A stretch of DNA of 64,000 nucleotides from the human T2T-CHM13v2.0 reference genome, Homo sapiens (GCF_009914755.1 NC_060935.1); one strand, 5' to 3'. Shown: positions 26,783 through 52,539, counted from the first letter of the stretch. Made by a program: numbers and translations. Notes: generated from the letters alone by a model not told the origin.

Positions 26783-27282
26783 TATGGTATGAGGCCACCA
26801 CTTCTCCTGTTGGCCTTCTTAGTTTCTCTCCAACCTCCCCTTTTCCCTAGTTTATAAGACAGGAGAAAAGGGAGAAAGCAAAAAGTTGGAAAGAAACAGA
26901 AGTAAGATAAATAGCTAGACGACCTTGGCACCACCACCTGGCCCTGGTGGCTAAAATAATAATAATATTATTAACCCCTGACCAAAACTACTGGTGTTAT
27001 CTGTAAATTCTAGACATTGTATGAGAAAGCACTGTAAAACTTTTTGTTCTGTTAGCTGATGTATGTAGCCCCCAGTCACGTTTCTCACGCTTACTTGATC
27101 TATTATGACTTTTTCACGTAGACCCCTTAGAGTTGTAAGCCCTTAAAAGGGCTAGGAATTTCTTTTTCGGGGAGCTCGGCTCTTAAGACACGAGTCTGCC
27201 GACGCTCCCGGCCGAATAAAAAAACCTCTTCCTTCTTTAATCTGGTGTCTGAGGAGTTCTGTCTGCGACTCGTCCTGCTACA
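26783..27282 (+). mobile_element. Solo LTR, LTR2B-like (HERV-E/ERV1), in an EIF1AD 5' intron
   Basis: Begins TATGGTATGAGG and ends GTCTGCGACTCGTCCTGCTACA, as LTR2-family elements do. TATA-like CTTAAAA at ~27142, AATAAA at 27215-27220. Exact 4-bp TSD ACAG at 26779-26782 and 27283-27286. Confidence 0.88.
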
Positions 27283-27325
27283 ACAGAATGGGACAATACA
27301 ATGCATGTCATGTAAAAGTAACTCC

Positions 27326-27664
<339 letters not shown>

Positions 27665-28079
27665 CTATACGCATGCTCCAGAGAAGTCATCCTGGCAACC
27701 TCTCTGGAAGGAGTTTGAAATAAACCGTATCTTTCTCAACACGCTTGTACACCCCAAGTCTAGCATAGTCACACAACAGAGAAGTTCAGTCTGGCAACAC
27801 ACTACAGCCGGAGACAAATTAGGTGGCCACCGTGATGGTTCAAGCCAGGAACTAGTTAATTAAAGGTTGAGGTGAGCAGGCTTGTCTGCGACATTTGCAT
27901 ATTTCTGACTTGCGTACTTAGAAGACGAAGGCCAGTACCCTTAAGACTGATGGTTTCCGAAAGAAACACTGTCGTCTCTAGTTGCTGTCCTCCTTCCTCC
28001 TCCCTGTCTATCCCGGAGAAAAGACCCTCAGAGAAACACCCACACTTAGTCTCTGGCCCTCGGCTCCCAGGAACGCTGC

Positions 28080-28980
28080 CGGAGCAACACCGCCGTCTAG
28101 GCTGGACGCTGAGAGAGGTTCGTCCACGACTCACTTCAAGGCTGAACCAAGAAAACACAGTAAAGGAACTTGCCGGCGGCCGCGACGGTAGCGTCAGTTA
28201 GAAATCAGGTCTCCAGTGTTCCCAGTTCCCACCAGTCCAACTGCGAGGAGTGCGACGTGAGTCTGAGTCTGATCCCTCCGAAAACCGTACTTCCGGCGCT
28301 GTCTCGGAGGCCTCCCGTCCCCTCCCTTGTCCGTCTTCTAACTCTTCCCCACGCCAGGTCCGTCAAGCCTAAGTCCTTGAGTTCCGGGTCCGGGCAGCAG
28401 AGAAAGGAAGTCCTCTCCCTGGAGGCCTATCTCCCTCAGAACTGCGCGAGAAGCGAGACCTTAGAAGGCAGCGCTTCCCGCGAAGGACCGGAAAGGAGCG
28501 CCTACTAAGGACGCCGTCGAGGTCCGGGGCGCCTCAACTCTATAGCTCTAACTGGCTAGAAGTGCCCAACGTGGAATGTTTCTTTTTTAAAGGCGGCTCT
28601 TGAAGCGACCCGGAAGCGGAAGTGGAAGAAAGTTCTAGTGGCTTGAGGTATCCGCAGGAGCGGCCGGGTGGCGGGAGGAACCGTTACGGGAACTGAAGTT
28701 GCGGGTGAGCGCCAGCCGCGGAGCAGGGCCCTGATTGGAGGCCAGAGGGGTTGCGGGGAGAAGGGGAGGAGAGGGGTCGCAGGCGCTGTGGCGGGCCCTG
28801 GGGGAGAGCTTGGCCGCGCTGCGGGGAGGGGGCGGGGTGCAGCGCGTGGGAGCCGGGCCGCGGGAAGGGGCGGGCCGCAGCGGCGCGCGGTGAGGGCGGA
28901 GCTGGGGCGCGGCGTGAACCCCGCGGGCGGGGAGCGGGTGTGCGCAGCGCTAGGTGTGCGCTTCGCCCTGTAGGTAGAGA
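28080..28980. promoter_or_regulatory. CpG-island bidirectional promoter shared by EIF1AD (-) and BANF1 (+)
   Basis: High CpG density between divergent genes. Tandem ETS/GABP motifs CCGGAAGCGGAAGTGGAAG at ~28610-28628 and reverse ACTTCCGG at ~28289; reverse CCAAT at ~28734; GC boxes at ~28828-28875. Candidate first-exon donors: EIF1AD at 28134 (minus GTGAGT); BANF1 at 28705 (GTGAGC) and 29205 (GTAAGG). Confidence 0.85.
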
Positions 28981-29384
28981 GACCCTTTGGTTAGCTTTCC
29001 ACGCCAAGTGGCCGTTCCAGGCAGGCAGTGTCGTCTTGGTTCAGCCAAGGTCACAGAGGGAGTGATAGCTTCCGCGCAGCCCTGGCTACGGACTCTGGGC
29101 ATCTTTCCACTGCCCCGCTTGCGCCACCTGTTAGGCAGGATCGTTTTTCCTCTGGGGCAAGATCAAAATCCAGGTCCTGCAGGAAGAAACTCCTCTTAAA
29201 AATAGTAAGGAAGAGTCTCCCTGGAACTGTTTTCTCCTTTCAGGATGAGGGGGATCGAGCAAGCCACTGTAACCCCTGGCTTGGCTTCCTCTTACTATGA
29301 GATTGCTCGTGGGCCCTTAGGAGTTCCAGGTCTTCAGCCCTAATCTGCCTTTTTTTTGGGATTCCTAGATTAAGCCTGATCAAG

Positions 29385-29906
29385 ATGACAACCTCCCAAA
29401 AGCACCGAGACTTCGTGGCAGAGCCCATGGGGGAGAAGCCAGTGGGGAGCCTGGCTGGGATTGGTGAAGTCCTGGGCAAGAAGCTGGAGGAAAGGGGTTT
29501 TGACAAGGTGTGGGGTGGCTGCGTGTACCTAGTGCAAGCGGGGGGTGGAAGGGAAGTGATTCCATCTGCTGGGGGATGGACAGTAAGGTATAATCTGAAG
29601 AGGCTGCCAGAGCCTGGGCACCTGGTGGAGAGGAGAGGGGGGCAAAACCCGCGCTGCTTCCTGGGCTTGTGTGCTCTGAATGGCACAGGAATGGCTGTCT
29701 TGCTCTTATCTCTCACTGAGCACTGAGCAGCACGCTCCTTCCTTTTCCCTGTTTTGCAGGCCTATGTTGTCCTTGGCCAGTTTCTGGTGCTAAAGAAAGA
29801 TGAAGACCTCTTCCGGGAATGGCTGAAAGACACTTGTGGCGCCAACGCCAAGCAGTCCCGGGACTGCTTCGGATGCCTTCGAGAGTGGTGCGACGCCTTC
29901 TTGTGA
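29385..29906 (+). CDS. BANF1: BANF1, barrier-to-autointegration factor, 89 aa
   Basis: Exons 29385-29507 and 29760-29906: [41 protein letters not shown]|[48 protein letters not shown]. Confidence 0.99.
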
Positions 29907-30260
29907 TGCTCTCTGGGAAGCTCTCAATCCCCAGCCCTCATCCAGAGTTTGCAGCCGAGTAGGGACTCCTCCCCTGTCCTCTACGAAGGAAAAGATTGCT
30001 ATTGTCGTACTCACCTCCGACGTACTCCGGGGTCTTTTGGGAGTTTTCTCCCCTAACCATTTCAACTTTTTTTTGGATTCTCGCTCTTGCATGCCTCCCC
30101 CGTCCTTTTTCCCTTGCCAGTTCCCTGGTGACAGTTACCAGCTTTCCTGAATGGATTCCCGGCCCCATCCCTCACCCCCACCCTCACTTTCAATCCGTTT
30201 GATACCATTTGGCTCCTTTTTTGGCAGAACAGTCACTGTCCTTGTAAAGTTTTTTAGATC

Positions 30261-30266
30261 AATAAA
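30261..30266 (+). terminator. BANF1: BANF1 polyadenylation signal
   Basis: AATAAA about 355 nt after the stop. Confidence 0.85.
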
Positions 30267-30769
30267 GTCAGTGGCTTTCATGACTGGGCTTTGTGCACTG
30301 AAAAGCAAGTGGGCTGGGAGTTGCCTCTCCTCCAGGGACTGACCATGTTTCCCTCACTCCTTATCAGTAGAGACCGAAACTGGCAGCTTCCCTTCCACTC
30401 CCAGAGGGCAGCCACCCTAGCCATGTAGGCCTCAGGCAGGTGACTTTTGTCTCAATCCCCGAGTGATGTGGGAGAGGGTGTGGGTGGATCTTTTCCTGGG
30501 AGCCAGATGGACTGTGCTCCAGATGTCAGTTAAGTCAACAGCTGGGCTAGGCAGCACCTGGTGGAAAAGTCAGTGGGAGTCAGAGGTACCAGACAGGGTG
30601 GGCCGGATGTGGGTGAGAGTTCACCTGCCAGTCATCATCTGCTCTCCCGGCCTCTGTAAGGGTGGGCAGGGTGCTTGCCATCTTCCATGATCTCTTAGGG
30701 AGGAGAAGGAGCACAGGCATCACAGCTGGAAGGATGTGAGGGGAGTACACCTCAGTACATTTTAGTCCT

Positions 30770-32290
30770 GTTCTTTTTGTTTACTTTTTAACTTAATAGG
30801 GACAGGGCCCTGCTCTGTTGCCCATGCTGGCCTTAAGCGATCCTTAAGCCTCCCAAAGCGCTGTGACTATAGGTGTGAGCCACCATACCCGGCCAGCCCT
30901 ATTATTTCTTGAACACTTAGTATGAACCAGGCTTGAAGCTAAAATCTTTGCAAACATTTTTTTCTTTCACAGTAATATTTTCTCCTTTACAGGTGAGGAA
31001 ATTTGAGGCTCAGAGAGGCTAATTTGCCCATGGACTTGCTCCTGGGAAGTAGCCAGACTGGAACTCAAACTAGCTTGGAAACCCAGGGACCCGGCCATGT
31101 GTTCCTTGGTCATGTGGCTTAGCCTCTCTGAGCCTCAGTTTCTCCACTTGGAAAATGAGGTGGTTGTAGGGAAAGGATATTTGCAGCAGTATAAACAACA
31201 AAGGACTATTTCCATAGCACATACAGAATTGCAATCAAGAAAAAAGCGGACTGGCTGGGCGCAATGGCTCACGTTTGTAATCCCAGCACTTTCAGAGGCC
31301 GAGGTGGGTGGATCACCTGAGGTCAGGAGTTCAAGACCAGCCTGGCCAACATGGTGAGACCCCATCTCTACCAAAAATACAAAAATTAGCCGGGTGTGGT
31401 GGTGCACGCCTATAATCCCAGCTACTCAGGAGACTAAGGCAGGAGAATCGAACTTGGGAGGCAGAGGTTGCAGTGAGCCGAGATCACGGCCATTGCACTC
31501 CAGCCAGGGTGACCAGAATGAAACTTTGTCTCAAAAAAAAAAAAAAACAACAGAAAAATGGGTAAAAGACCTAAGACGGCCACAGAAGAGGGTTCCCTCC
31601 CAGTAAATAAGCACAGGAAAGGTGCTCCATATTGCTAGTAATAAGACATCACATGCCATTAACACCCACCTGACTGGCAAACACTTTTAAGTTGGACAAT
31701 ACCAAGTATTGATGAGATAATGAAGCAACAGGAACTGATACCTAGCTGGTGGGAGTATAAATTGGTCTAAACAATTTGGGAAGACAGTTGGGTGTTATTT
31801 AGTAAAACTGACACGCCCTGTGACCAAGCAGTTCCACTCTCAGGACTGTGCCTTGAAGAAAGTCCCGAACACCTGCAGCAGGACCTAGATGAGTTTGCAG
31901 CTGCATTGTTGGGAGCAACGCTAGCGGCTGTCAATACTAGAGTAGATAAATAGGCACTCATGCCACCGGACACTGGACGGAGGTAAAAATGAACAAATGA
32001 TAGTTGTGTACAACACGAATCTCAATAGCAAATGAAGACAAACAAATTCTTAGGAATTCCTACATAGATGGTAAAACTAGAAGGAAAACAAAGGAAATGA
32101 TTATGGTAAATAGTAAAGGAAAAAGTCTACAGGGATTATCTTTGGGGGAGGGTGTGGAAGGGCTTAAGGGTAGGCTTGGCCTACCCTGACCTGTGTTTCT
32201 GACCTATGGGGTGGTGGTACAGGCATTGACCAAAAGTGTATGTTCTGCGCCCTTTTCAGTGTATTCGCTACATCTCAACAATAGAAAGAT
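30770..32290. mobile_element. Alu fragment, MIR-like pieces and an old L1 3' segment split by an Alu (31255-31547)
   Basis: MIR core CCTCAGTTTCTCCACTTGGAAAATG at ~31133; L1 3' motifs (GCTGGTGGGAGTATAAATTGG, CCAAGCAGTTCCACTCTCAGG). Confidence 0.7.
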
Positions 32291-35269
32291 AACAGGAAAA
32301 CCAAAAATAAAGACCTGAGGCTGGAACGATTGAGTGAAAGGTCAGAAACTAAATTGTTATTTGTAGGGATGAGAGTTCTGTGCAAGGCTGGGACTGGAAA
32401 GTGCGAGTGGCCCAGCTTGAAAGGGACACCAGGTGACTGCAGCAGGGCCCAGCTTGTGCTTCAAGCCGCTTCCTGGGAGGCTGCTGGTCTGAGTCCCGGC
32501 TGAGGTGGTCACGAGGGCTCTCTCTTGAGTTTCAGACTGTTTCTGATGTCTTCCCGGCTAAGTCCCCTCAGCCTTGACCCTCATGCTATGATGCTGTCGC
32601 AGGCCTTGTGTGCTTAGGTGGGGGCTTTGCAGGGCTCCGGCCTCACCACACCTCAGTCCTGATGCTGCCAGCTTGTTGCTGGTGCTCTGTGAGGTCATGG
32701 AGACTCCTCCTCCATGAAGCCCTTCCCTGGGCTCCTGCCCACGCTGGCCTCCTGGTTTGGCCTCGCCTGGTGGCACTGGGACCCTGCTGGAAGCCTGCGG
32801 CTCATGCTGTCTGCTTTATTTCCTTGTTGTCTGCCTTTCCCGGCTCACCCACAGGCTTTGCCATAGAAGGGACTGGAACCTGCCTTCTCACCTCTCCCTT
32901 GGGGCACAGGCAGTGCATATACCAGGTGGCAGGCCACAAACCCTTTATCAGGACTCCATATTGCATCCCACACAAGTTCTTGGCTCTGTCCTGGGACAGC
33001 AGTAGACAAAGGGCATCTAGAATGTACCTTGTGACAGTGTGGCCTCTCAGATCCAGCCCGACTCAGCCAGCAGGACAAAGGGACCACGGCTTGGAATGCT
33101 GGCGCAGAAAGCAGACCTGGCTGGTGAGGGGTATGAGTCAGGTTGTCTCAGTGTCAGCCCGTGGTGTCCAAGAGGACATGCCTGGCCACCCACTAGCCTG
33201 GGACATAGGTGGGCCCAGAAATCAGCAAATACTGACCCCATCCCCCCATCACACTCAGCCAGAGCTTGACCCCCTCAGCTGGTCTAGTCATGAGTGCTCA
33301 GAGCCAGCCTAGAACTTGGTGTGAACCCAGCCCATGCACTCTGGGGTGCTGAAGGGCTCCTGCTGCCCCCAGAAAGGAAGTAGGGGGAGGCTACCTGGAC
33401 CACCACAAGCCCTGCCCCCGGCAGCCTGCTGAGCATGGAAGGCTCCCAGCAGGTGCTTGTGACTGTTGATCCCTTTCCAGGCTGGCCCCTCCCTGTGGGG
33501 ACCAGGGCTCTTTCCTGTCACTCCCAACCTTGACTGGTGGCAGCCTTGAAGAGCCAGCCAGGCCCGATTCTGGGGCTTTGCTCCCCATGCGATCTGGAGC
33601 AAGTTGCTTCACTCCCCTGAGCTACAGCCTCCTCTGCCAGCTGATAACAGGGTTGTGAAGATTCAACCAGTGAATCAGCAGCGCTTAGGAGCGCTCCTCC
33701 CCAGAGGGGAGCTTTAATCCCTGTTGGATTACAGGTTTCCTTGCTGAAAGATCTCCTTTCCAGGATATGGGGCTACAGAGCCCTGGGGGGAGGGCAATAT
33801 CCTCTGCCCAACTGAAGGTTCAAGGAAGAGGGTTCTGGGGGAAGCATCGAAGCCTTGGAGAGCCTGATCCCAGAGGGAAGGAGATGTCAAGAACCTGCCC
33901 TGGTCATCTCCACCCATCAGGCCAGGGGCAAGAGAGGGGTGCTGTGGACAACCTGGGGTGGGATGTCTGGGCCACTGCAAAACTGGAGGCTCTGCCCTGT
34001 GGCCAGTACATTTGACCGACCTCAAGCTCACGCTTGGCGCAAACCTCCTGGAAGCCAGAGTGGTCCAGACGGGATGGAGTCAGGCCCTGGGAAAGTCTGC
34101 TCAGGGACACCCCATCTGCAAGAAACAACCCCTACACCATGCACAGCAGACCTCAAACCCCTGTGGAGCAGCCCAGGACTCATGCACCGGGACCCACCAC
34201 TAACCTTTCCCCTTTGATCTCCCATTTCCTCCTTGTAGGAAGAGATAATAATCATTGTCTGTGCAGAGCTGCTATGGGAATGAAAGAACATATATTGAAT
34301 CCCTGGCGCAAGGCCTGGCACACAGCAAGAGTTCTTACCATTGTTAATCCTCCCCACCTTTTCTTACCAAGATACCACTTCTAGCTGTGTGACCTTAGAC
34401 AAGTGTCCCGACCTCTCTGATTAACTTCTTCATCTGCAAAGTGAGGATAATGTGTACTCCCTCAGGGTGCTTGTGAGAATCAGTGGGTGAAAAGTGCTCA
34501 GAAATTGCTAGGTTGTACTGCAAAAAAAGTCCTTTGCATCAGCACAAAGCAGAGGCAGGTGGAGTGGGTGCCCTTGGTGAGTGGCAGACAGGCCTTGGCT
34601 AGTTTTTGAGAGAGCTGTTGGAGGTACCTGTGGCCATGGCTAAGCTCCAAGTGATGACACAGCAGGCCCAGGGGAGCTGCCTCTCCCACCTCGCCCCTGT
34701 GGCACGATCCTGGTACTCTTCCTCTACCCATCCCAGGCTTTCAGCTCAGAGTCCTGGCCAGGCGTCATCCTCCTGATCAACTCAAGCTCGGCCAGCACTT
34801 CCACAAACTGGAGTCTGTCCCTTTAAGCCAGACACCTGAGGCCGCCAGGAACTTGTGACGGTTCCTTGGAATCCCAGGAAGATGGCAGAGTTGGTTTTCC
34901 ACAGCTGGGCTGAGGAAGTGAGGTGGGTAGCAGGCTGGCAGCTGCCCTGGGCAGTGAGTGACTGCTGTGGTCTAGGTCTCTGTGTGGGAAATCACTTCCT
35001 TTTGTGGTCCTGGGATTCTAAGGCCCAGAATCAGGAAGGGAGGGTGACACGCTGGATGCCTACATACAATATCCATCACAGTGACAGTTGCCAGCTGCTC
35101 TTTACGTACTGTGACCTAGCACCTCTTCCAAGCCCCAGTGAAGCCCCTGGAGGCTCTAAGCACTGCAAGATCTTAGTGCCCCAGGGACAATAAGCCCCGC
35201 CCCCCAGCAACATGGAATTACAAATACAAACTACACTGAACTCTAAAATGCAGACAAATAATTCCAAGG

Positions 35270-37595
<2,326 letters not shown>

Positions 37596-37959
37596 AGGTA
37601 GAAACATTAGTCACTCGCGCTCCAGGAAGGTTGTCAGGCAGCGCTGAGCAGTAATGTGTCCTACTCACCTGCTGTTTATCCAGCACCAGACCTCTTCTAA
37701 GAACTTTACCTGTTTCAGCTCACTGAATCCTCACAACACCCATTGTACAGAAGAGGAAACTGAGGCAGCGAGTGGTTAAGTGACTTCTCCGAGGTTACAC
37801 AGCTAGGAAATGGTGGCAACAGTAAGAGCCCACGAAGAGCTGCGGTTGGTAGTTCATTCTGGACAGCCCTCCCGTGAACCGTCCCTGTACTGGCACTTGT
37901 TGCTGGGGACTGTCGCTGTCCTCTCCCTCCCCGGGCCAGGTGTGTCCTGGAGGGCAGGG

Positions 37960-38440
37960 AAGCGTCTTGGCACGCGGGTGCGCGCCGCCCCCTCGGCCTC
38001 CTGGGCTCCCTGAACCTCGCAGGACCCCGGCAACTTCGAGCCCCGCCCCAGCTCCAGGCCGCGGGGGCGCATCGCGGGCGTCGGGCGGGGCGGCCCAGCG
38101 GGTAAAAGCTGCGCGGCCGCAAGCTCGGCACTCACGGCTCTGAGGGCTCCGACGGCACTGACGGCCATGGCGCGTTCGAACCTCCCGCTGGCGCTGGGCC
38201 TGGCCCTGGTCGCATTCTGCCTCCTGGCGCTGCCACGCGACGCCCGGGCCCGGCCGCAGGAGCGCATGGTCGGAGAACTCCGGGACCTGTCGCCCGACGA
38301 CCCGCAGGTGCAGAAGGCGGCGCAGGCGGCCGTGGCCAGCTACAACATGGGCAGCAACAGCATCTACTACTTCCGAGACACGCACATCATCAAGGCGCAG
38401 AGCCAGGTGCGGCGGGCGGGGTGCTGGGAGGGGACACCCG
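37960..38440 (+). promoter_or_regulatory. CST6: CST6 CpG-island promoter and exon 1
   Basis: CpG-rich; GC boxes (CCCCGCCCC at ~38041, GGGCGGGGCGG at ~38083); TATA-like GGTAAAAG at 38101, about 65 nt before the ATG. Confidence 0.75.
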
Positions 38441-39523
38441 GCCCAGATGGGGGAGGCCACAGGCGCTGCCCCAGCGTGCATGAAGGGGGCCTAAAAGCGC
38501 AATCGGGATATTTTCATGCAATATTTTAAAAATCGAATTAATGCTAAAACTCCACGATGGACAACCATCTAAATTTCAAGGAAAGACATAATTAAACCCT
38601 GTATTGCACTACCTGCCTTCCTGGCTTGCCTGGTCCTAGTCTCTGCCCTGATGGGGTGGATCGGGGAGGAGGGAAGGCAGGTGGGGACAGTGGGCAGCTC
38701 CCTAGATGGGGCATGTCTGATGTCTGCCAAGGCTGCTGGTGGGGCTCAGCCTCCAGGCCTCTCCACCCTCCATCCCCACCAGAACTCCCCCCCACACCCC
38801 CCCCCACCCCCCCCCCACCCCGTCTGAATCATCCCCTCTCCCTCTCTCCCCACCTGAGTGCCTGGGGGCAACAGGAGAATATATCAAGAGGTGAGAAGTG
38901 AGGATCAAGGGTCAAGACCCCTGACCTGCCCCTACCCTATGCCCCCAGCTGGTGGCCGGCATCAAGTACTTCCTGACGATGGAGATGGGGAGCACAGACT
39001 GCCGCAAGACCAGGGTCACTGGAGACCACGTCGACCTCACCACTTGCCCCCTGGCAGCAGGGGCGCAGCAGGAGGTAACAGCTGGGCTCCTCCAGCCCCA
39101 GCCCTCCCCAGAGCCTCAGGCACTCAGGTTGTCCATCCTGAACTGGTTTGGCTGGACACGTAGATGTCTAGATGTCTGGCTGAACCTGTCGTCCTTCTGG
39201 ATGAGTCAGCCTCTGGGCCAAGATGGGGTGCAGAAAGGAAGCTGGGGCTTCCCTCGGGAATGGGGAAGTTGGCTACCAAGATCTGGAGTCTAGCCCCAGA
39301 CATGCGGCTTGACATCCGTTGGGTCAGTGATTGTCCCTCTCTTGGCCTGGAGCGGCCTGGCAGGCAGAGGGCTGGCTGTTGGGAGGAGACAGGTCGAGGC
39401 TGGGCTCACCCCTCCTTCTCCCCCATATTCCCTCCACAGAAGCTGCGCTGTGACTTTGAGGTCCTTGTGGTTCCCTGGCAGAACTCCTCTCAGCTCCTAA
39501 AGCACAACTGTGTGCAGATGTGA
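38167..39523 (+). CDS. CST6: CST6, cystatin E/M, 149 aa
   Basis: Exons 38167-38406, 38949-39074 and 39440-39523. Signal peptide, YNMGSN (legumain-inhibitory loop), QLVAG (QxVxG), VPW and four Cys. AATAAA at 39602-39607. Confidence 0.99.
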
Positions 39524-40327
39524 TAAGTCCCCGAGGGCGAAGGCCATTGGGTTTGGGGCCATGGTGGAGGGCACTTCAGGTCCGTGGGCCGTATCTGTCA
39601 CAATAAATGGCCAGTGCTGCTTCTTGCATTGGTTTCTTCCAAGTGCTTCGCTTCTGCCCCCATCCCCCACTCCCACTTCTGGCAGCTCCCAGCTCCCCAG
39701 CCCAAGCTGAGAGGTCACCCTGCCACCTGCAGCAGAGCTGCTGCTGTCCCAGCCCAGACAGTGCTGAAGGTGCAGGGCTGAGCCTCCAAATGTGGAGCCC
39801 CCAAACACCCCAGCATCACAGGCATAGAGGAACAAACCTTAGAGCCCCCACACACAGCCAGAGACTCCCAATATTCTCAGAGGTCAGGGGTGGCGGCAGA
39901 CTCACAGAGGAGGGGCGATGGCCTGAGATAAGAACAGGGCCGGCTGCCTGGGAGCACTCTGAGGAGGAGTCTGTGCTGTGCTCCCACTCAGCCCCAGGAG
40001 GAGCTCATGGGTGGCATGGGGGGCTTCAATCAGGCAGTGTCCTCACCCAGGACACTGAGCTCCCAGCCTATAAAGATTCCTCCACCTGCATGTGGCCCAA
40101 CGATGGCAGAGTCCCTGCAGGCCAAGAGACCATGAAGGCTAGGACAGTGCCTCTCAGTCCACACTGTGGGCTCCACGCCACAAGGACGCCTCTCTTGCCT
40201 TGCCCTGGGCAAGACGCCTGAAAGGGGCTAGACTAGGAGCCGCAGAGGGACAGAGATTGTCTAGCGCCCACAGGAGGGGTGAGGGGACAGATTCAATGTA
40301 ATGTCATTTAAAGAAAACAGCATTGCA

Positions 40328-40940
<613 letters not shown>

Positions 40941-43013
40941 AAGAAGAAAACAGCATTGCAACATTTGCACATCTGAATTTGTGGCTGCAATTCATACCCC
41001 CCCATACATATACACACGCACACACCCAAAGCACAACACACCAGACATACACACACAGACACCCAGAGCACACACTCAGATGCTGGCAGATATCACATGC
41101 ATACCCAGAGAAACACAGCCTAGCAACTCATGAGCACAGAAGCAACACACCCTAGAGAAACAACCTGGAGATGTACACACAAAACTCAAACACAACCCAA
41201 GGACCCACATGCCACACCCAGAGGTTCCTCAGATGCACAAGCACACACCCACACTTGGGATATGGGCCTTGGGGTTGCTAGGTATAGGCACCATCAGGCC
41301 CAGGCAGGCAGCACTGCAGTGGCTGCGGAGAGCATCCCACGGTCCTTCCTTTCTGACAAGGCCTCACACCCTGCTTGTGCCTGCCTGGTCCCCTGCCCAA
41401 GGCTGGGGCCTAATAAGCAGTAGCCCCAGCTCCCAGGCCCTGCTGTCGGCCTTTGGAGGCCAGATTGGGGTAGAGACGGGGAAACGGGAAGTAGACCCTG
41501 GGTCCCACCTGGGAGTGAGAAGCTGAGGGGTGGCATTTGACAGGAGCTGGGGACCCAGGAGACAACATCCAGCCCTGCTTCTGCTCAAGCTTGTCAGATG
41601 TGGCAGCTCAGACAGCCCAGGGTGTGTGCGGGGCCTGCTGCTTGGAAGGGCTCCCATGTGCCACCAAGCAGGGACTCCCAGCATGGGGCAGGCACAGGGT
41701 GGGTGGCAGGAAATGCCTGTTGAATGAATGTGTGAGGTGGTGGAGAGAAGCAAGGCCCAGAGACGCCTGCCCGGTGACCTCTCCGCCCCTGGAATCTGTG
41801 CCCAAATCCCAGATGGCATTTCCTCCGCATAGTCTATTCCTGGGCCCTGGGCCCTGGGCCAGCCAGTGCCTTCCGCCAGACCAGGGAGGGGAGGTGCTTC
41901 TTCTGTCCTGGGACCCTGGAAGCTCCAGCACTGACTGGTCTGGTCCAGAGATGGGAGGGTTGGCAAAAAACTATTGCCCTTCAGCTCCCGCTCCTGACTC
42001 CCTCCGGCCTGAACTGCACCCTGGATTCGCCTCTACTAGAGGTGAGATGGCTGTTGTAGATAATGGAAAACCCTCCACTTAAGGAGAGACCCCTGGGGCC
42101 AGGGCGAGGCTTGAACTTGACTCAGTGCTAGGTCTCCAGCACCCAGCATAGGCCAGTGTCCCACTGTCACCCCCAGCCATGGGGACAGGGGCTCTGGACA
42201 TCCAGCCTAGGCTCAGGCTATCAGTCGGGGAGGTCATCTAAGTCCTAGAGCAGGCAATGGGGCGCAGCCTTCAGCCTCATTCCCTGCTTCCCTCTCCCAG
42301 CAGCAGGGTCCTCCACACATCCCTGCCCGCCCCTTGCCCTGAGGCCAGAAGGACTTGAGCAGCCCCGACTCCACCTCCCCTCAGTGGGGCTCTAGAGTCT
42401 GACCCCAGAAAGGGCAGGATATGGCAATGACCTCCGACCTCTGGGTTCATGATATCCCCATCCGGTTGGTGCTCTTCTACTGGAGCTGAGGGTCCTGGTA
42501 GGATTGAGTTCCTGGGCTCTGAGTCCCCATTCCTAGAGCCTATTGGGCCCCCAGGCCCTGGTAACCCCGGGGTGTTCAGGCCTATTCTTTTTCTCCTGAC
42601 TCTTGGGCCAGATGGGCCTTCCTCCCCAAAGCAGGGTTACTGCCTCCTCGGCCCTCCCGGCACCGCCGGCACCTGAGCTCAGCCCACGTTCTGCTTCATC
42701 CCTCCAGCTGCTGCTAATGCCCTGCTGGGCTGAGCTAGCATGCGGGCGCTGGTAGGGCTGGAGGGGATCCAAGAGCAGCTCCTTTCACATGCAACACGGG
42801 CACACACTCGTTCGTGTGTGTGCACCAATTCCCTTCCCTGCGCCTTGGCCTAGTCAGTGAGGACATGGAGCCTCCTGGGGTTTAAAAACTCTGTTGGGGC
42901 CCCTGCTCTGCAGGGCCCGGACAATCATTCCAGCAGATCTGGGGACCCGTCCCAGTGCACCCAGGTGGGCAGACTGCCAGGGGCTGAAGTCTGTATCTGG
43001 TGTCCTCCTGGGG

Positions 43014-52502
<9,489 letters not shown>

Positions 52503-52539
52503 GACTGTGCTGGGAACTCTGGAGCCAAAAGAGCTCAAG

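Noticed and set aside
28648-28655. GTATCCGC donor in the BANF1 5' region as a U12 site
   Set aside because: Only 6/8 match, and the downstream acceptor has an ordinary U2 branch and T tract.
32400-35200. Unique sequence and a 234-aa ORF (32608-33312) between BANF1 and CST6
   Set aside because: No recognisable domain, exon chain or homology by eye; probably regulatory or MIR-containing intergenic DNA.
37795-38481. 228-aa ORF antisense to CST6 exon 1
   Set aside because: CpG-island antisense shadow.
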